Source of the DNA: Pseudomonadota bacterium
Lineage (GTDB): Bacteria; Bdellovibrionota; Bdellovibrionia; Bdellovibrionales; SG-bin7
Direction: 5' to 3'
Assembly: GCA_034439715.1 (NCBI GenBank)
Contig: JAWXAY010000007.1
Span: forward strand, 1 to 62,840
Length of the DNA: 62,840 nucleotides
Shown here: piece by piece, positions 17,837 to 28,131 of the stretch
Layout of the letters: each line of letters begins with the position of its first letter
Position numbering within the stretch: the first letter of the stretch is position 1
Program-made: the position numbers and the translations under genes
The notes under the pieces: model-generated
Told to the model about the DNA's origin: nothing
Database searches by the model: none
Seen by the model: the letters and a program-made list of their open reading frames with translations, nothing else

Positions 17837-18621
17837 GTTTTTTCTCCCTCTCCCTTTAAAAAATTAATAATTTTACTTGTTATTTCATTTGGCTGTTCGA
17901 ATTGTACAAAGTGTGAAGCGTTTGGAACTTCAAAATACGAAAATCCTCCCAACATCGACTCGTGCTTGGCGATTTTAGGCAAAATTAATTTATCGTCAGC
18001 ACCATTTATAAAAAGTTTAGGTCTCTTGTCGACTTTTAGTGACGCCAATAAGGGTTCTGCCGCAGTGGCATCTACCTTGGTGTTAAGAAACGCTGCGGCC
18101 GATACGTTATCATTTAGAATCAATGTCCGTCCACGAGCATGATTGGCAATGCTAAAGTAGAGATCGCCATACGAGGCCAACCACTTGCGAAAAGTCTCGT
18201 TGTCTGGTTGAGCGTCGAACACTTGCGAAGTCTCAGCCAACTCGGGAGTCTGAAATTTAGTATACTGAGTGCTTACACTCTTAAAGGCATCGCTTGAAAA
18301 TGGCGTGCTTAGACAAATCAACGCAGTGACGCGAAATTTTTCTTTTAAAAAAAGTTCTGCCCCGACAATTCCTCCAAAAGAGTGACCACAAAGAATAATA
18401 TCGCCTTTTAGACCGTTTAGCATTTGAGTTAAGTCTTCGAGAATACCTTTATAATCATTTAGTCGGGGTTCTTTGCGGCCGCCAGTGCCAGGTGGATCAA
18501 AATAGGTAACCTCGAAGTCTTTTTCGAGAATATTTAAGCTTCTCATGGTCTCGCCACTCAAGCCGGGACCGCCTGGGATCAACACTAGGTTTGGTTTCGA
18601 ATCAATTTGTCGAGTAGTCAT
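17833..18621 (-). CDS. Alpha/beta hydrolase, prolyl aminopeptidase-like
   Basis: LIPGGPG, GHSFGG nucleophile elbow, GADD, ASHF..EQP. Confidence 0.8.
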   Translation of the reverse strand: MTTRQIDSKPNLVLIPGGPGLSGETMRSLNILEKDFEVTYFDPPGTGGRKEPRLNDYKGILEDLTQMLNGLKGDIILCGHSFGGIVGAELFLKEKFRVTALICLSTPFSSDAFKSVSTQYTKFQTPELAETSQVFDAQPDNETFRKWLASYGDLYFSIANHARGRTLILNDNVSAAAFLNTKVDATAAEPLLASLKVDKRPKLFINGADDKLILPKIAKHESMLGGFSYFEVPNASHFVQFEQPNEITSKIINFLKGEGEKT

Positions 18622-19988
18622 AAAATGCCTCTGACTACACTTTGGTTTTCCAACACAATGTCGAAATCTCTAATCCACCTATAGATAGTTCTGTCACTTA
18701 CGCCTAGCGACTGAGCTACTAATCTGCGATTCCCCGCAAATTCAGCTAACGCCTTTTCAAGTTCTTCTTTTTTGATGGTCTCATTTAATACATGCATGCG
18801 AGAAAACACAACTGGTGCCTGAGGTGCACCAAGAGAAGAATTTGCGCCCAAATTAACCGCTGCGATAACGCTTTGACCGTCAATTACTCGTCTGTCTGAA
18901 AGTATAACAATTCTTTGGATGACATTTCGTAATTCGCGAATATTTCCGGGCCAACTATGAGAAAGCAGGGCCTTCACGCCATCAGCTGCGAGCGTAAACC
19001 GTTCCACCATACAACTAAACTCTTCAAGAAATAAATTAGCATAAAAAACAATATCCTCGGGACGCTCACGAAGTGAAGGCAAGGTAAATACAAATGTATT
19101 GAGGCGTTGTAATAAATCAAGCCTGAAGGACCCTTCGGAAACCATTCGGCCCAAATCACAATTTGTGGCTGCGATAAATCGCACCTTTATTTTTCTGGGA
19201 CGAGTCGAGCCTAGCGGCTGCACTTCTTTTTCTTGCAATACACGTAATAGTTTTGCCTGTAGTGGCAGTGAACACTCGCCAAGCTCATCAAGAAAAAAGA
19301 TTCCATCGTTGGCCTGCTCAAAAAGTCCTATTTTGTTTGATACAGCTCCCGTAAACGCTCCCTTTTCATGACCGAAAAGCTCCGACTCAGCCGTTTCCTT
19401 TGGAATACTTGCCATGTTGGCTGCAACTATTTTCTTTTTAAGCTTCATAGCAATATGTTGAGCCAAAAATTCTTTACCTGTGCCCGTGTCACCAAGAATG
19501 AGAATAGAGGCGTCTGATTTACTTTTTAGGATTCGATCAGCTTGCTGTAGTACCAACTTCACTTGTTTAGAATCGGTTAAATATTTGCGAACAGCGTTTT
19601 CGTCGTTTGCTGCCTTAATTTGACAAACACGTTTGATCGCAATACTTAACTTCTCGAAAAAGTCTTCTTCTTTAAGAATCAGATCGAAGAGGCGCCGTCT
19701 TGTTGCCTCGATAACTCTTCTGACGGATTTATCTCCACTAAGCACTATCAAATATATTTGGGGGAAATTGCAGCTTAGGTAATCTATAAGCGCGATTCCG
19801 TCTTTTTCTTGGCCTTCAAAATTCAAATCAATTATTGCCACGTCAGTTCTGAATTGCCCTACTAACGATTGCCCGCGTTTAACCGTGTCAGCAGTAAATA
19901 CATTGTACTGGTGCTTAAAGCTTAATTCTAAACTTTGAAGCATTTCTGGATCATCATCGCAAATAAGAATTGAAGGCTTTATATTCAT
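18618..19988 (-). CDS. Sigma54-dependent response regulator (NtrC family)
   Basis: Receiver domain, GDTGTGKE, ESELFGHEKGAFTGA, FLDE, WPGNIREL, C-terminal HTH. Confidence 0.92.
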   Translation of the reverse strand: MNIKPSILICDDDPEMLQSLELSFKHQYNVFTADTVKRGQSLVGQFRTDVAIIDLNFEGQEKDGIALIDYLSCNFPQIYLIVLSGDKSVRRVIEATRRRLFDLILKEEDFFEKLSIAIKRVCQIKAANDENAVRKYLTDSKQVKLVLQQADRILKSKSDASILILGDTGTGKEFLAQHIAMKLKKKIVAANMASIPKETAESELFGHEKGAFTGAVSNKIGLFEQANDGIFFLDELGECSLPLQAKLLRVLQEKEVQPLGSTRPRKIKVRFIAATNCDLGRMVSEGSFRLDLLQRLNTFVFTLPSLRERPEDIVFYANLFLEEFSCMVERFTLAADGVKALLSHSWPGNIRELRNVIQRIVILSDRRVIDGQSVIAAVNLGANSSLGAPQAPVVFSRMHVLNETIKKEELEKALAEFAGNRRLVAQSLGVSDRTIYRWIRDFDIVLENQSVVRGIL

Positions 19989-21358
19989 ATATGGCCTAAC
20001 CTGATTTCAAAGCAGGCTCCGCCCAAGGCACTTTGGCGATAAATTAATTTCCCACCGTGTGAGCGGACAATGTGATTGGCTGACGCCAACCCGAAGGCCT
20101 GTCGGTCTGCCTTGCTTGATTTTCCGCGCCCCTGTAAAAAGAGAGTGACTTCAGAATTTTTTAATCCCTGACCATCGTCAGACACCGTTATTGATGCGGC
20201 ACCATCTTTCACGTTCAGTGCTAACTCGACTCTCTCATTACAAGCGCGAAGGCCATTTTCTAAAAGATTCTTAACCGCTCTTTCAAGAAAATCAGGATCA
20301 TGAGCAACAAGAACGGGTAGATCCGGAAGGGTTACTCGAATCCTATCAGTTTCCAGAGGCATCGCGCTCTTAATTTGCTGAACAGAATTTTCTAAGCATA
20401 TTCGAATATCCATTTCTCTTAAGCTTACGGGATCGTTTTCTAAATTATATTTAGCAGCCGTTACTTGATTCAACATCTGATCGGCAATTCTGGGTACGGC
20501 ACGAATGGCTTCTTGTCTTGAGGCTTCATCTGTTGATTGATCTGTCACAAGCCTAAGCATTTGGCGAAGGGCCGCGACCGGGTTATGGAGATCATGAATG
20601 AGCCGCTTGTAGGACTCAGCGCTTAGTTGTTTTGCCCTTTCGTTGGCCAGATTCTCTTTGGTGTTTTCGAGTTCTGTATGAGTATTCATAATGGTTTTTC
20701 GAATTGACTCAAGTTCCTCAATAAGAATCGGGGTCAACCGCAATTCCTTATTCTCTGCGATGGACCTTATCGCATTATCAAGATCTCGAAGAGGCGTCAG
20801 CGCTTGCGCCAGCGAGGCCTTCATTCGGTAGGCTGAAAGGCCGGATATGATAAGCCCAATGAAGAACGTGAACAAAGCCACAAAAATCGTTTGCGTCATG
20901 ATTGGACGAATGGGTGAATACGCAACCACGAATGCTTTGGTCCCCTGGGCGCCTGCTCTTTGAATGGGTGCTTCAAAAATTAAGCTATGTTCGCCAAAAG
21001 TAATACCAAAAATGTTTGTTACCACAGGCTCAGGATTATACGGCTGATCCATTTCTGAAATATTTTTGGTGGAGCCAATAACCAAGCCGTCATGAACAAC
21101 CACTAAATCAATTTCTTTTGTTTCAGTTACGCTCTCAATGACTCTCAAAATCTCTGGCCGATCCTGTGACTCCACCAATGTTGAAAGATAGGGTGAAAGG
21201 GCGCCCAAAAGCTGTGCTCCTGATTTCGACTGATAGAAAAGTGCCATTGTGGCAAACCCTACCGACACCAAAATCGTAATCAGAAACGACATGGCCGTGC
21301 GATAGTTACTCAATTGGTTGTGAACATGCATCGCAAGACTTACAGTTTTGGCTTTCAT
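19985..21358 (-). CDS. Membrane sensor histidine kinase
   Basis: Two TM helices, H-box HDLHNP, NLLEN, DDGQG, GLASA. Confidence 0.88.
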   Translation of the reverse strand: MKAKTVSLAMHVHNQLSNYRTAMSFLITILVSVGFATMALFYQSKSGAQLLGALSPYLSTLVESQDRPEILRVIESVTETKEIDLVVVHDGLVIGSTKNISEMDQPYNPEPVVTNIFGITFGEHSLIFEAPIQRAGAQGTKAFVVAYSPIRPIMTQTIFVALFTFFIGLIISGLSAYRMKASLAQALTPLRDLDNAIRSIAENKELRLTPILIEELESIRKTIMNTHTELENTKENLANERAKQLSAESYKRLIHDLHNPVAALRQMLRLVTDQSTDEASRQEAIRAVPRIADQMLNQVTAAKYNLENDPVSLREMDIRICLENSVQQIKSAMPLETDRIRVTLPDLPVLVAHDPDFLERAVKNLLENGLRACNERVELALNVKDGAASITVSDDGQGLKNSEVTLFLQGRGKSSKADRQAFGLASANHIVRSHGGKLIYRQSALGGACFEIRLGHI

Positions 21359-22911
21359 TGTTTTGCCTTCGCCAGTTTGCTTGAGCAACCTTCGTCGAAC
21401 GTAACCATCGAATAATCTATATATGCATCGGTCAGTATGTTTGGCGTAAAATTAGTCACACAATTTGAGATCCAATAATTCGCGCGCGGATGAAACAGAT
21501 TTATGACTACCGCAGAATCCTCGATGATCTTGAGGCCCCTATGATAAAAGCCTTCTCTAACTTTACGATCTCGGGCGGAGCGCGCCTGTTTAAGAATGGC
21601 ATCAAGCTCAGGATTCTTTAGCCCACTAAAGTTATCAGGGTTAGACGATTCAAAATTGCGCAATAAAAATTCGGTGTCTGGGTAATCCAAGTTCATTGAC
21701 ACCAAAAAAGCCTGATGTGTTTTGTTAGTATAGCCTGCCATCAGTTCATCCCAGGCCATAGGTACCACCTCAATGTTCCATCCCTTGTCTTGCAAAGCCT
21801 TTTCAAAAAAAGTTTTCATCTCTTGATGGCGAGATAATTCAATAGGAATTGCCATTTTTATTTTTTCATTACTCGGACTAGTAGCTGATTTTTGAACTTT
21901 CTCGCTCAAAGCAAGGTCATACCCAGGAATCCCAGGTGGTATATAGCCCTTGGCTGGGAACGCGTCCGGATAAAATTGCTTCCGAAAAGTCTCAGTGTTA
22001 ATTGAATCACGAAACAGTTTGCGAGTAGCTAAAGATTTAAAGGGCCCCTTTGTCGTATTAATTCCAACAATCCAAGTCGCGGCGACAGGACTGGTGATTT
22101 TCTTTCCAGATTCAAAGACTTCGTTTTCATTTGTGAGTGGCCAATTGGCTAAATCATCAATGAGGCCAGCTTTTGCCATATTTATCGCTTCAGTTTCTGG
22201 CACCTCTTTGAGAATTATCTTGTTAAGCTTCGGTAGGCCTAAATGATGTTTTTCGAATCGCACTAATGACAATTCTTTTTTAGCATCGTCGCGAGCAACA
22301 AACCTAAAGGGTCCAGAGCCTATTGGGTTTGCAAAAAAAGTGTCTTTAGAAAGAAGTTTCATCGGCAAAATTTTTGCCGTAGCTCCAGCTAACACTGACA
22401 GAAATGGCGGAAAAGGATATTTCAAATGAACTTCAAGCATATGTCGGCTTGAGTCTTTTAAACCAGTGACTGTTTTAGATTTTCCACTAATAAATTGTTC
22501 CGCGCCCTCAATGCAGTCATAGTATTTTTCTACACGGCTACCGGTTGCGATCGCTCTAGTTAATGAGCCGACAACATCGTTAGCTGTAACCAAGGTACCG
22601 TCATGAAAAACAGCATTTTTACGCAGATAAAAGCGAAGAGTTTTTCCATCAGCGGAAGTTTCCCACTTTTCGGCTAGATCGCCTAAAAGTTTCAAAGTTG
22701 GTGAGAACTTAAGTAAGCCAGAGTAAATCATGTTACCGGCAACGATAGAAGCCGTGTCATTCATTTTCACAGGATCAAGTGTTAACGGCAACGAATAGAC
22801 GGCTTTCACGTAAGCGTGATCATCGCTTCGTAGTGCTCCTAGTACAGAGATATGAAATCCGAGGATTAAGGCAAAAAATAAATAAAATGGCGATACTTCA
22901 AACTGCTTCAT
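21355..22911 (-). CDS. Family 5 (OppA/DppA-like) solute-binding protein with no permease nearby
   Basis: TLDP, LAEKWETSADGKT..FYLRK...FHDG...TANDV, PIGSGPF; RBS GAGGAG before 22911. Confidence 0.85.
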   Translation of the reverse strand: MKQFEVSPFYLFFALILGFHISVLGALRSDDHAYVKAVYSLPLTLDPVKMNDTASIVAGNMIYSGLLKFSPTLKLLGDLAEKWETSADGKTLRFYLRKNAVFHDGTLVTANDVVGSLTRAIATGSRVEKYYDCIEGAEQFISGKSKTVTGLKDSSRHMLEVHLKYPFPPFLSVLAGATAKILPMKLLSKDTFFANPIGSGPFRFVARDDAKKELSLVRFEKHHLGLPKLNKIILKEVPETEAINMAKAGLIDDLANWPLTNENEVFESGKKITSPVAATWIVGINTTKGPFKSLATRKLFRDSINTETFRKQFYPDAFPAKGYIPPGIPGYDLALSEKVQKSATSPSNEKIKMAIPIELSRHQEMKTFFEKALQDKGWNIEVVPMAWDELMAGYTNKTHQAFLVSMNLDYPDTEFLLRNFESSNPDNFSGLKNPELDAILKQARSARDRKVREGFYHRGLKIIEDSAVVINLFHPRANYWISNCVTNFTPNILTDAYIDYSMVTFDEGCSSKLAKAKQ

Positions 22912-23107
22912 GTTCTCCTCAGTCCTGCCAAATGCGAGAATCGAGCCCAATGGTGCCTATTTTTAGCGCAACTATTTGCGGACGACAAAGAAATAGTAAA
23001 TAATCAATGTTTATATAAATTTAGGCTACATATAGAGGTGTATTTATTGCAGAAAAACTCTTAGATCAGTCTCTCATGGGGTCACAAAAGCATTACATTT
23101 TTACATG

Positions 23108-23130
23108 GTAGGTACTGACACGGATGTCAG
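23108..23130. promoter_or_regulatory. Palindromic site CTGACA-N4-TGTCAG (candidate activator binding site)
   Basis: GTAGGTACTGACAcggaTGTCAG; recurs at 31118-31140. Confidence 0.6.
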
Positions 23131-23843
23131 GTCGATGAAAACCTGAGACGAAATAAAATCCTCTTTCAACAGCAGTTCTCTAAACGTAATTTCATCATTT
23201 TTTCTGACCAACCTAAAATATCCCGTTGGTACCTGGTAAAGACTTTCCAATCAATACAGTAGCGAGAACGAGGGCCGTCTGTCGAAACTGAGATATTTAA
23301 ATTTTCTTGCCGTTTTGATCTAGCAGTGCCGAATTTAGGTCTTATTAGTAAGTATAAAGAACTTACTTTGTTCGGAGTCTGCTCAAAACGGACAGTAAAA
23401 ACATTTTGGAATTATGATTTAAACACCTTTTTAAACCAGGCCAACATTTTGGCCCTTAATCCCAGGACGATTATTCTTGTACACCTTACTTGTAAATCTT
23501 ATGGTCGTAGTCGCCTTGTTTTCAGGTGCTGGATCTGCCGAATACATAGTCCCAGTTCTTCGCCAACTTCGTCAAAAATCGCTATTTATCCCCCTTGATT
23601 GCTTCCCCCTGTGGAGTACCTCTTTTATGTGGAAAACTAGTGGAAACGTGGGGAAAAATAGCGATTTTCTAATACAATTCTAACACTATAATCGCGATGC
23701 ATGGCATGGGGACTGTAGCCAGGACACTAACTAGTAAAATTTATTCACAAACGCAAGACCTAACCAAATCAAAACTTTTGTGCGCATTATTTTTACTGTA
23801 TGCTCCGCTGAGAATAACTAAACAACTTTTAAGGAGCTTGAAT

Positions 23844-24206
23844 ATGAAATCTGCACTTATCACTTTGACCGGATTTTTTTTATCAACAATTGCACACGCT
23901 GAAATTTCCAACTCAAATTATGCCTCAAGACACCAGGCTTTAATTGAAAAGGCCGTTTTCGATTCCTGTGCTGTTGGGCTTGGCCGAATGACCCAGCTTT
24001 CCAGTGTTGAAACTGAACGCAATGTTGATCAAGGAGTGATTGATTTATACTTCACGACTGAACTTGAATTAACGGTTAAAGTGGATCAGGGAGTATTTGA
24101 TACCTATAGTGTTAAGATTCAATCCGCAAGGTTTTCTGCCTATGACCATGAGGCAAAAGACTGGGGTATTTACGCCATTGAATCTGTAGCTTGTGAGCTG
24201 CAGTAA
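23844..24206 (+). CDS. Secreted hypothetical protein
   Basis: RBS AAGGAG, signal peptide AHA, two Cys. Confidence 0.7.
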   Translation: MKSALITLTGFFLSTIAHAEISNSNYASRHQALIEKAVFDSCAVGLGRMTQLSSVETERNVDQGVIDLYFTTELELTVKVDQGVFDTYSVKIQSARFSAYDHEAKDWGIYAIESVACELQ

Positions 24207-24309
24207 CTCGCTATTTTTGTTTTTAACTTATGTGCCTCTGGTTGCTAAATGGCACCTTAAAAAATAGTAAAGACTCGGGCGATGGCCCGCAGTATTTATC
24301 TTCCTCGTG

Positions 24310-24645
24310 CTATCGACAAGGCAATAAAAGTTGAAAGTTATCTAATAAAACAGTCTCGTCATATTGGTCATGAAGTACTACTAATTCCATATCGTAGTCT
24401 GGATCGCCTGCGCCGTATCCACGACCCGAAATTTTAACATGATATTCAAATTTTTCGTTACCGAGGTAACGATAAAAATGCTTAGTTACAGACAGAGTTT
24501 CGGTGCCATAGAGCACGGGGCATTTTTGACTAACCGTTTTATTAATCTCGCCTTGAACTTGCTTCGGCAAACTAGTCTCATCATAAATAATCGAAGCTGA
24601 CGCCGCCTGTGATAATAATAGTAACGCTGACAATAAAAATCTCAT
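24310..24645 (-). CDS. Secreted hypothetical protein
   Basis: Signal peptide ASA, two Cys. Confidence 0.65.
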   Translation of the reverse strand: MRFLLSALLLLSQAASASIIYDETSLPKQVQGEINKTVSQKCPVLYGTETLSVTKHFYRYLGNEKFEYHVKISGRGYGAGDPDYDMELVVLHDQYDETVLLDNFQLLLPCR

Positions 24646-24739
24646 ATATGACCTCACTTAAAATGTTAAGAACCACTGCGCCTAAGTAGTAACTTGGGAA
24701 AAGAAAGGTTACAAGTTAGGATCGTATTAGAAATTTTTT

Positions 24740-25900
24740 TTAAGAAGCGATACGACGCAGCCATTCTAGGCTTGAATTACGGCGGTATTTAGAGACAAGT
24801 CTACCACCGTAACGCAAGTAAAGCGTATGTCCGCGCCAATGCACCTTATTGCTGACCAATCCACCAATCCAGATAATTGGTGCTAAAACATCTTTAATAA
24901 TAAACCATGAAAATGACTTCCAAGCGCCGCTATCTCTTAGTTTAAATTGATGTAGGGCTGCATTCGATGCAATTTGAAAAATTAAACAAGCCTCTGCAAC
25001 CAAAATGGAGTTTGAAGTCGGATTTAACAAAATTAACAATGGTGGCCAAAAAGTTTCAAATAACAATGGCTCAGACGCATAAGCTAATGGCACATGGCAT
25101 TTTCTTAGGCGCGCCCAACGCACATGACGCTTCCAGTAGCCGCTAAAACTAGTGATCACTGAAGTTTGTCGAAGCAATTGGGGCGCAATTTTTATTTCAT
25201 AACCCGCCTCGCGCATACGATCTCCACTAACCAGGTCCTCGGCCAAATAATTTCGAACACTACGCAAGCCGCCCAACTCTTCGAAATGCCCACGAGAAAG
25301 AAGCATACATTTACCTAAAACGTTGTGGTAACCAAAAATTTCAAGAAACCCTGTCGCCTTAAGATAAAAAGTGTTGAGATGAATGACGTCTAGATGCCCC
25401 CCGAATCCCCTTCCGTCAGCGCCATAAACAGCTTGAGTAACTAGATCGGCGCCCCTAATTCTCTCGGCTAAAAGTAGATCAAGATAGTCAGGTGGCACTC
25501 TTACATTGGAGTCCGAAATTAAGGCGAGGTCATAAATGGCCTCGCGCCAGGCAACATGCATATTACTGACTTTGGGATTCTTACCGAAAGGCTTCGCATT
25601 TGTAAAAAGGCGTGCGTTTACATTTGAGTGCATCTCAAGGAGTTTATTAATGACCTCTATTGCAGGATCATTTGGGTCCTGAATACAAAGTAACAGTTCA
25701 AAGGGAATTTTAGTTTGCAGATTAAAGAAGGAATGTAGATTGGTCTCTAAATCTGGCTCCAAACCGCGAATAGGTTTAATTATACTGACGCCAATCTTGC
25801 ATCCGCTCTTATTAGGAGTAATTGCCCGCCACTGAAAAAGGCGTAACGTAGCCAAAACGCCGATTGTTGTGGAGAGAATCGTCAACACAACGAGGATCAT
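24740..25900 (-). CDS. Ceramide glucosyltransferase/HpnI-like glycosyltransferase (GT21)
   Basis: SIIKPIRG, NPKVSN, ISDSNV, YLAED, RHVRW. Confidence 0.85.
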   Translation of the reverse strand: MILVVLTILSTTIGVLATLRLFQWRAITPNKSGCKIGVSIIKPIRGLEPDLETNLHSFFNLQTKIPFELLLCIQDPNDPAIEVINKLLEMHSNVNARLFTNAKPFGKNPKVSNMHVAWREAIYDLALISDSNVRVPPDYLDLLLAERIRGADLVTQAVYGADGRGFGGHLDVIHLNTFYLKATGFLEIFGYHNVLGKCMLLSRGHFEELGGLRSVRNYLAEDLVSGDRMREAGYEIKIAPQLLRQTSVITSFSGYWKRHVRWARLRKCHVPLAYASEPLLFETFWPPLLILLNPTSNSILVAEACLIFQIASNAALHQFKLRDSGAWKSFSWFIIKDVLAPIIWIGGLVSNKVHWRGHTLYLRYGGRLVSKYRRNSSLEWLRRIAS

Positions 25901-26648
25901 TCGGACCTCCTTTGTTGGACACCATGTGAAAAATTTCTTGCGAAACCTGTGAACAGTGTCCGTTAATATATACAAAAGATCTGTTTTGCTGTGGATTTTT
26001 AATTGATTCTAAAATTGCTTGGGGGTCCTTTTCACATTCAATTTGAGTGCGCCACCCTTCCCACTTAATCTTGTGATGGAAATCACTCGCTGCCGAAAGA
26101 GCGTAGGGCGTATTTAACATTTCTGGCCAAAAAGTCCGCCCATTGGCAACTTCCCAGACGTCTATTAGTGGCGCAAACTGAGCCTGATTTTTTAATAAAT
26201 AATATGTTTGCGTAGAGCAATCGAGAACTTTCATAGGATGCGCGGCCACTGTGACGGCGCCTTGTTGCCGGGCCTCAATTAGCCACTTTTCTTCAGACTG
26301 GTTTGGAGAAACAAACTCTTTAAGATCAATTGCCAGCAGATGCGCATTTCGCCCGTGAAAAAATGTATTTCGCGTAAATTCTACTCCTGTATACACGAGC
26401 ATTTTATATTCTCGCCACGCCCTATTTCGCTCTTTCTCAATGGCGCCGATGTAATCGTTCCAGTTTTTTTCGCTTAGGGTAAGATTAAGATACTTGGCTA
26501 CCTTACCGGGAAGACCATCTGTGGCGCAGAGATGATCTGTAATAGCAATGGCGTCTAACCCTGACTCTCCACAGAGATCAATGAGTTTGGAAAGTGGTAG
26601 GCTTCCGTCGCTATAATTTGTGTGAAGATGTAAATCTACTGTAATCAT
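25812..26648 (-). CDS. PHP-domain phosphoesterase
   Basis: DLHLHTNYSDG, AITDH, AHP, SDFH. Confidence 0.85.
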   Translation of the reverse strand: MITVDLHLHTNYSDGSLPLSKLIDLCGESGLDAIAITDHLCATDGLPGKVAKYLNLTLSEKNWNDYIGAIEKERNRAWREYKMLVYTGVEFTRNTFFHGRNAHLLAIDLKEFVSPNQSEEKWLIEARQQGAVTVAAHPMKVLDCSTQTYYLLKNQAQFAPLIDVWEVANGRTFWPEMLNTPYALSAASDFHHKIKWEGWRTQIECEKDPQAILESIKNPQQNRSFVYINGHCSQVSQEIFHMVSNKGGPNDPRCVDDSLHNNRRFGYVTPFSVAGNYS

Positions 26649-26702
26649 GCTTACATTATCGGTGATAATTGTTAAAAGTATTTTTTGATCACATCAGATC
26701 TG

Positions 26703-26730
26703 TGTTAGCACAAGGTTAGGGTGCCGTTAG
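26703..26730 (-). promoter_or_regulatory. Pho-box-like CTAAC repeats, 11-bp period
   Basis: GTTAG on + strand at 26704, 26715 and 26726, upstream of the PHP gene. Confidence 0.5.
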
Positions 26731-28008
26731 GGTTCGCCGCTCACCGAGCCCTTTAAAATAAAAGGCACTTGGGCGGGGCCGTCGCTCGAGTGTGTTGTAG
26801 TCGACCTCAAAAAGACCGAACTTCGGCCCAAAACCATCGATCCACTCGAAATTATCAAAGGGCGCCCAATGAAGATAGCCCATGGGCTTAAGACCATATT
26901 CCTTCACGCCCTCTAAAAAGTACTTCATATGAGAAAAGATGAATTGAGAACGCAGCTGATCGCCTGCATCGGCGATGCCGTTTTCGGTTATAAGTAGTGG
27001 GTAGCGCTGCAAGCCGTGCCCCTTGATTTTTTTGAGAATTACTTTAATTCCCTCAGGATAAATCTCCCACCCCATATCGGTTTTTGGCGCCGAAGGTGGA
27101 GTGGAGGCAAATATTTTTTGCACTGTAAACGGTCTTAGAGAAATATGGTCTCGGCCGTAATAATTAAACCCGAGATAATCCATCGCTCCCAAAGCTGCCG
27201 GACACTCTTCATAGAATTTAAGTACAGTCGGCACGTGGATCTGAATTTTACCGGATTGTATGGTTTGATACCATGACCAGTTAAATATCTCATCGGCAAT
27301 TTTAGTACCAAATAAATCCAACGGATTCATTTTATTTTTTGGAGAAAACACTCTCAAATGATGGGCAAATGAAACTTGAGAATTCGGTTGCAAGGCTTTT
27401 ATCGTGTGATAGGCCGAGCCATGGGCCTTCATCAAATTTATTAACACGTGCAAAAATTTTTTAAGATCCTTTAATCCCGGCGGCATTAGTCCAGCGCCAT
27501 AACCTCCCAAAGCGTACACCGCAGGCTCATTCATAGTCAGCCAATTTTCGACGAGATCTCCAAGGTTGTCGACCACCATTTTAGTGAAGTCATCAAACGC
27601 CAATATACTTTTTGGGTTCTCAAAGCCACCCATTTTCTCGAGCCATAGAGGTAAGGTAAAGTGAAACAGGCAGACAATGGGTTTAATGTTTCGATCCCTC
27701 AGGGACTGAATCATTTTTCGATAATGTTGAATGGATTTTTTGTTCCAACAATTTTGATCTGGTTCTAATCGTGACCACTCGACACTCAACCTGTGGGTGT
27801 TCACGTTAAGCCACGAAAGCAACTCATAGTCTTGATCAAAAAGTTCCCAATGATTAATTGCCGATCCAGAGTGATGATTTTCTTTGATTCTGCCAGGCTG
27901 GCGCTCCCACTCGGTCCAAGAATTTAGGTTATTACCTTCTGCTTGGTGAGCAGAAAGAGACGTTCCCCAAAGAAAATCGGCTGGAAAAGCCATTTCTATA
28001 TTACCCAT
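26716..28008 (-). CDS. Glycoside hydrolase family 1
   Basis: FLWGTSLSAHQAEG, TMNEP, ITENG, DNFEW. Confidence 0.92.
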   Translation of the reverse strand: MGNIEMAFPADFLWGTSLSAHQAEGNNLNSWTEWERQPGRIKENHHSGSAINHWELFDQDYELLSWLNVNTHRLSVEWSRLEPDQNCWNKKSIQHYRKMIQSLRDRNIKPIVCLFHFTLPLWLEKMGGFENPKSILAFDDFTKMVVDNLGDLVENWLTMNEPAVYALGGYGAGLMPPGLKDLKKFLHVLINLMKAHGSAYHTIKALQPNSQVSFAHHLRVFSPKNKMNPLDLFGTKIADEIFNWSWYQTIQSGKIQIHVPTVLKFYEECPAALGAMDYLGFNYYGRDHISLRPFTVQKIFASTPPSAPKTDMGWEIYPEGIKVILKKIKGHGLQRYPLLITENGIADAGDQLRSQFIFSHMKYFLEGVKEYGLKPMGYLHWAPFDNFEWIDGFGPKFGLFEVDYNTLERRPRPSAFYFKGLGERRTLTAP

Positions 28009-28070
28009 GTGCTCTACCTTAACCGCCTATTAGACTAATGTGAAATCAGTATCTTAGTTCTCGCAAACAG

Positions 28071-28098
28071 CTAACAAAATCCTAACAAGAACCTAACT
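28071..28098 (+). promoter_or_regulatory. Pho-box-like CTAAC repeats, 11-bp period
   Basis: CTAACA at 28071, CTAACA at 28082, CTAACT at 28093, upstream of the response regulator. Confidence 0.6.
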
Positions 28099-28131
28099 TT
28101 CTTCTCGCAAAATGGCCGTACAATTAACATA

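Noticed and set aside
23140..23700. Possible transposase HTH relic (EVGEELGLCIRQIQHL on the minus strand) and degenerate DnaA-like boxes near 23610-23657
   Set aside because: Fragment is short, bounded by stops, with no terminal repeats; boxes have several mismatches.
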